Below are positions 19,701 through 21,714 of a stretch of DNA of 21,714 bases, in pieces. The translations under genes were made by a program, and so were the position numbers. Origin of the DNA: Rhizaria sp. SCN 62-66 (taxonomy: Eukaryota); the NCBI GenBank assembly GCA_001724265.1, contig MEDY01000275.1, positions 62,001 through 83,714 on the forward strand. The letters are read 5' to 3'. The stretch's first letter is position 1; the number at the start of each line of letters is the position of its first letter. The notes beneath the pieces were generated by a model. The model ran no database searches. It saw only the letters and a list, made by a program, of their open reading frames with translations, and was not told the DNA's origin.

Positions 19701-21261
19701 GGACGCTGCAGAGGCGGATGGCCTGGACGAGATGGACTCGTACATTGACTCACTGCTCGCTTACAACGTTGACGGTGATGCTGATGAGGAGCACGCTAAC
19801 GCCGACGCAGCACATGATGATGACGGCGGCATTGAGGGCACCGGCGACGGCAGCGAGAGCGACATTGATGCTGGCATTGCGTTCGACGCTTTGTCCCCCA
19901 TCATCACGCGCAACCCGCTGATGCCACGCTCTGCTGTTCGCTCGCCCCACCACAGCACTGATAGCTACCACACCTCTGTCGCGCCTAGGAGCAGTACTAC
20001 TGACGGCGGGTTCAAGCCGCTGACTCCGCGCGAGGCCAATATCATCTTGTTTGGCACTGCGACCCCCGGCGGCTCCCCCAGTCACCGCAAGCAAGATGAG
20101 TCCGAGTCCGCGCCGGCGCCGGCGTCGCTGTCAGCCGCTGACGTCGGTTTCCCCGCTACGTCCGCGCAGCCGCGGTCCACGGCGTCGCTGCTGCGCACGC
20201 ACCCGCGCACCGCGGCCACTGCGCGCAGGGCTGGACAGACTTCGCTCACGATCACCGAGGCGATCATGGCGCAAGATGAGGCCGATGCAGCTGGGTAGTC
20301 ACAACGTGCCACCAGTGGTGTGCGTTCGCGCGGTCGCAACGAAGCTGACTCGCCCCGCGTCACTTCTCGCTCTGCTGCGAGTCAACAGCAACAGCAGCAG
20401 CAGATGCAGTCACCGCAACAGTCGCAGTCTCCGTCGCGCCCGCGCTCGCGCTCTCGCCTGCGCTCCCCGTCCGCCCACTACGACCTCACCAGCGCCGACG
20501 CTGGGGATGGCGACGTGTCGGACGCTTGCACCAACGCGGCAGTAACGGCTGCGGTCGAGTCCACGCTGGTCGTGCACACGATGCTCGCGCCGACGCCGCC
20601 CGGCTCCGCGCGCCGCAGCCTGCGCGACGTCTCTCTCAGCGAGCTCGCCGCCGCGCAGGCCGCCTCGACCCGCTCACACGCGCGGTCGCTGTCGCCATCG
20701 TACTCGCAGCGCGCAGCGCTCAGCGCCGTGGGCGGCGCCGCGGCGGCCCCTGTGCGCCGCGTCTTCGTCGGCCCGCCCGGCGCCGCCACGCTCGTGACTA
20801 TGGACCCCGCGGACAGCCGCAGCATGTCGCCCGCGCGCGGCACACATGGCCGCCCCGGATGGGCCTCGGGGCCGCCCACGCCCGCGGCCGCCGCAGCCGC
20901 TGCAGCCGCCGCGACGGCCACGATGGGCTCCAGCAGCGCGCGCGCACGCAGTCGCAGTAGCAGCCGCGAACGCTCCTACGGCGCGGCTGCGAGCGCCAGA
21001 GTCGGTGGTGGAGTCAACGACACGGGCGAGAAGGGGTATCTGAAGACGACGTCGGCGTTGCGCACGCGTGCTGAGGAGAACGTGGCGCTGATCGAGGATA
21101 TGAAGCGACGCGAGGCGAAGCGTATCACGTCCAGCAGTCGGCGCTCGCAGTCTCCGGCTACTGCTGCTGCTCATGGTCACAGTCAGCAAATGGCCGTGAC
21201 GGCAGCGAGCAACCGTACAGGAACACCTCTCAAGCAGCAGCAACCGATGTATTGGTGGTAA
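16738..21261 (+). CDS. Large Ala-rich hypothetical protein with predicted coiled-coil segments and Ser/Arg/Pro-rich tail (1507 aa with in-frame TAG at 20296-20298)
   Basis: First ATG at 16738 (MSALGFASRS). ORFs 16600-20298 and 20320-21261 are in the same frame, separated by TAG plus 7 sense codons, with no AT-rich spacer. E/R-rich helical stretch at about 17700-18030. Ends in TAA followed by an abrupt drop in GC. Confidence 0.75.
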
Positions 21262-21323
21262 AGATACGCTAAATTTAACAAAATTAACCTAACTACGAAC
21301 GTAACCATTTATTTACCCGTGAT

Positions 21324-21329
21324 AATAAA
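21324..21329 (+). promoter_or_regulatory. Possible polyadenylation signal AATAAA for gene 16738-21261
   Basis: AATAAA about 60 nt after the TAA, in the 263-bp spacer between convergent genes. Could be chance in AT-rich DNA. Confidence 0.3.
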
Positions 21330-21524
21330 CAACTAGCAACACATTCATGCTCGCACAAATCTTGCATACGCGTAATCGGTAGATGAAAGGAGTAGGAATT
21401 TTCTAATTGCAATCAGAATGTATTAGAGAGAAATGTACAAGCACGAACACGCCGCGAGGCGCGTTTGGCGGTGACCGAGGTCAACACCGTACGACTGCAG
21501 GTTTCTAAGAGCAGGTTAGGGCAC

Positions 21525-21713
21525 TTAGAAGCACTTGCGGTGGACGATGGTGGGGCCGGACTCGTCGTACTCCTGGCGGGTGACCCACATGGTCTGGAAG
21601 GTAGAGAGGTAGGCAAGAATGGAGCCACCGATCCAGACGGAGAACTTGCGCTCCGGGGGCGCGATGACCTTGATGTTCATCGACTGGGGAGCAAGGGCGG
21701 TGATCTCCTTGGA
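21525..21713 (-). CDS. ACT: Actin, C-terminal 62 aa (gene enters from the right edge)
   Basis: Manual translation: [62 protein letters not shown] followed by TAA (21527-21525). Confidence 0.97.
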   Translation of the reverse strand, partial: SKEITALAPQSMNIKVIAPPERKFSVWIGGSILAYLSTFQTMWVTRQEYDESGPTIVHRKCF

Positions 21714-21714
21714 C

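Noticed and set aside
20295-20315. Formal 21-nt GT-AG mini-intron (GTAGTC...CACCAG) that would remove the second TAG in frame
   Set aside because: Real introns here are 148-186 nt, mostly AT-rich, with GTWCG donors. Any TAG after a G-ending codon creates a GT, so this can arise by chance. It remains the main alternative to test with RNA-seq.

Overview
Gene-dense eukaryotic, probably protist, nuclear DNA. Exons are very GC-rich and Ala-rich, while introns and intergenic spacers are AT-rich. I can build seven gene models: (1) a partial Ala-rich orphan (-, runs off the left edge); (2) a 4-exon RNF141-like RING E3 ligase (+); (3) a B-box + DUF2009/UPF0652 protein (-); (4) an IFT139/TTC21-like TPR protein fused to a C-terminal PH domain (-); (5) a membrane protein with about 4 C-terminal TM helices and two acidic FxxI motifs (+); (6) a ~1500 aa coiled-coil/low-complexity orphan (+); (7) the 3' end of a divergent actin (-). 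The main signal is that TAG appears to be a sense codon. It sits in frame inside the conserved DUF2009 gene (7151-7153) and inside gene 6 (20296-20298). The only gene that appears to end in TAG has an in-frame TGA four codons later. All other complete 3' ends use TGA or TAA, including TAA right after actin's invariant HRKCF. This suggests a rare nuclear code in which UAG is reassigned (Gln is my best guess, Leu is possible) while UAA remains a stop. Family calls are from remembered sequences; no searches were run.
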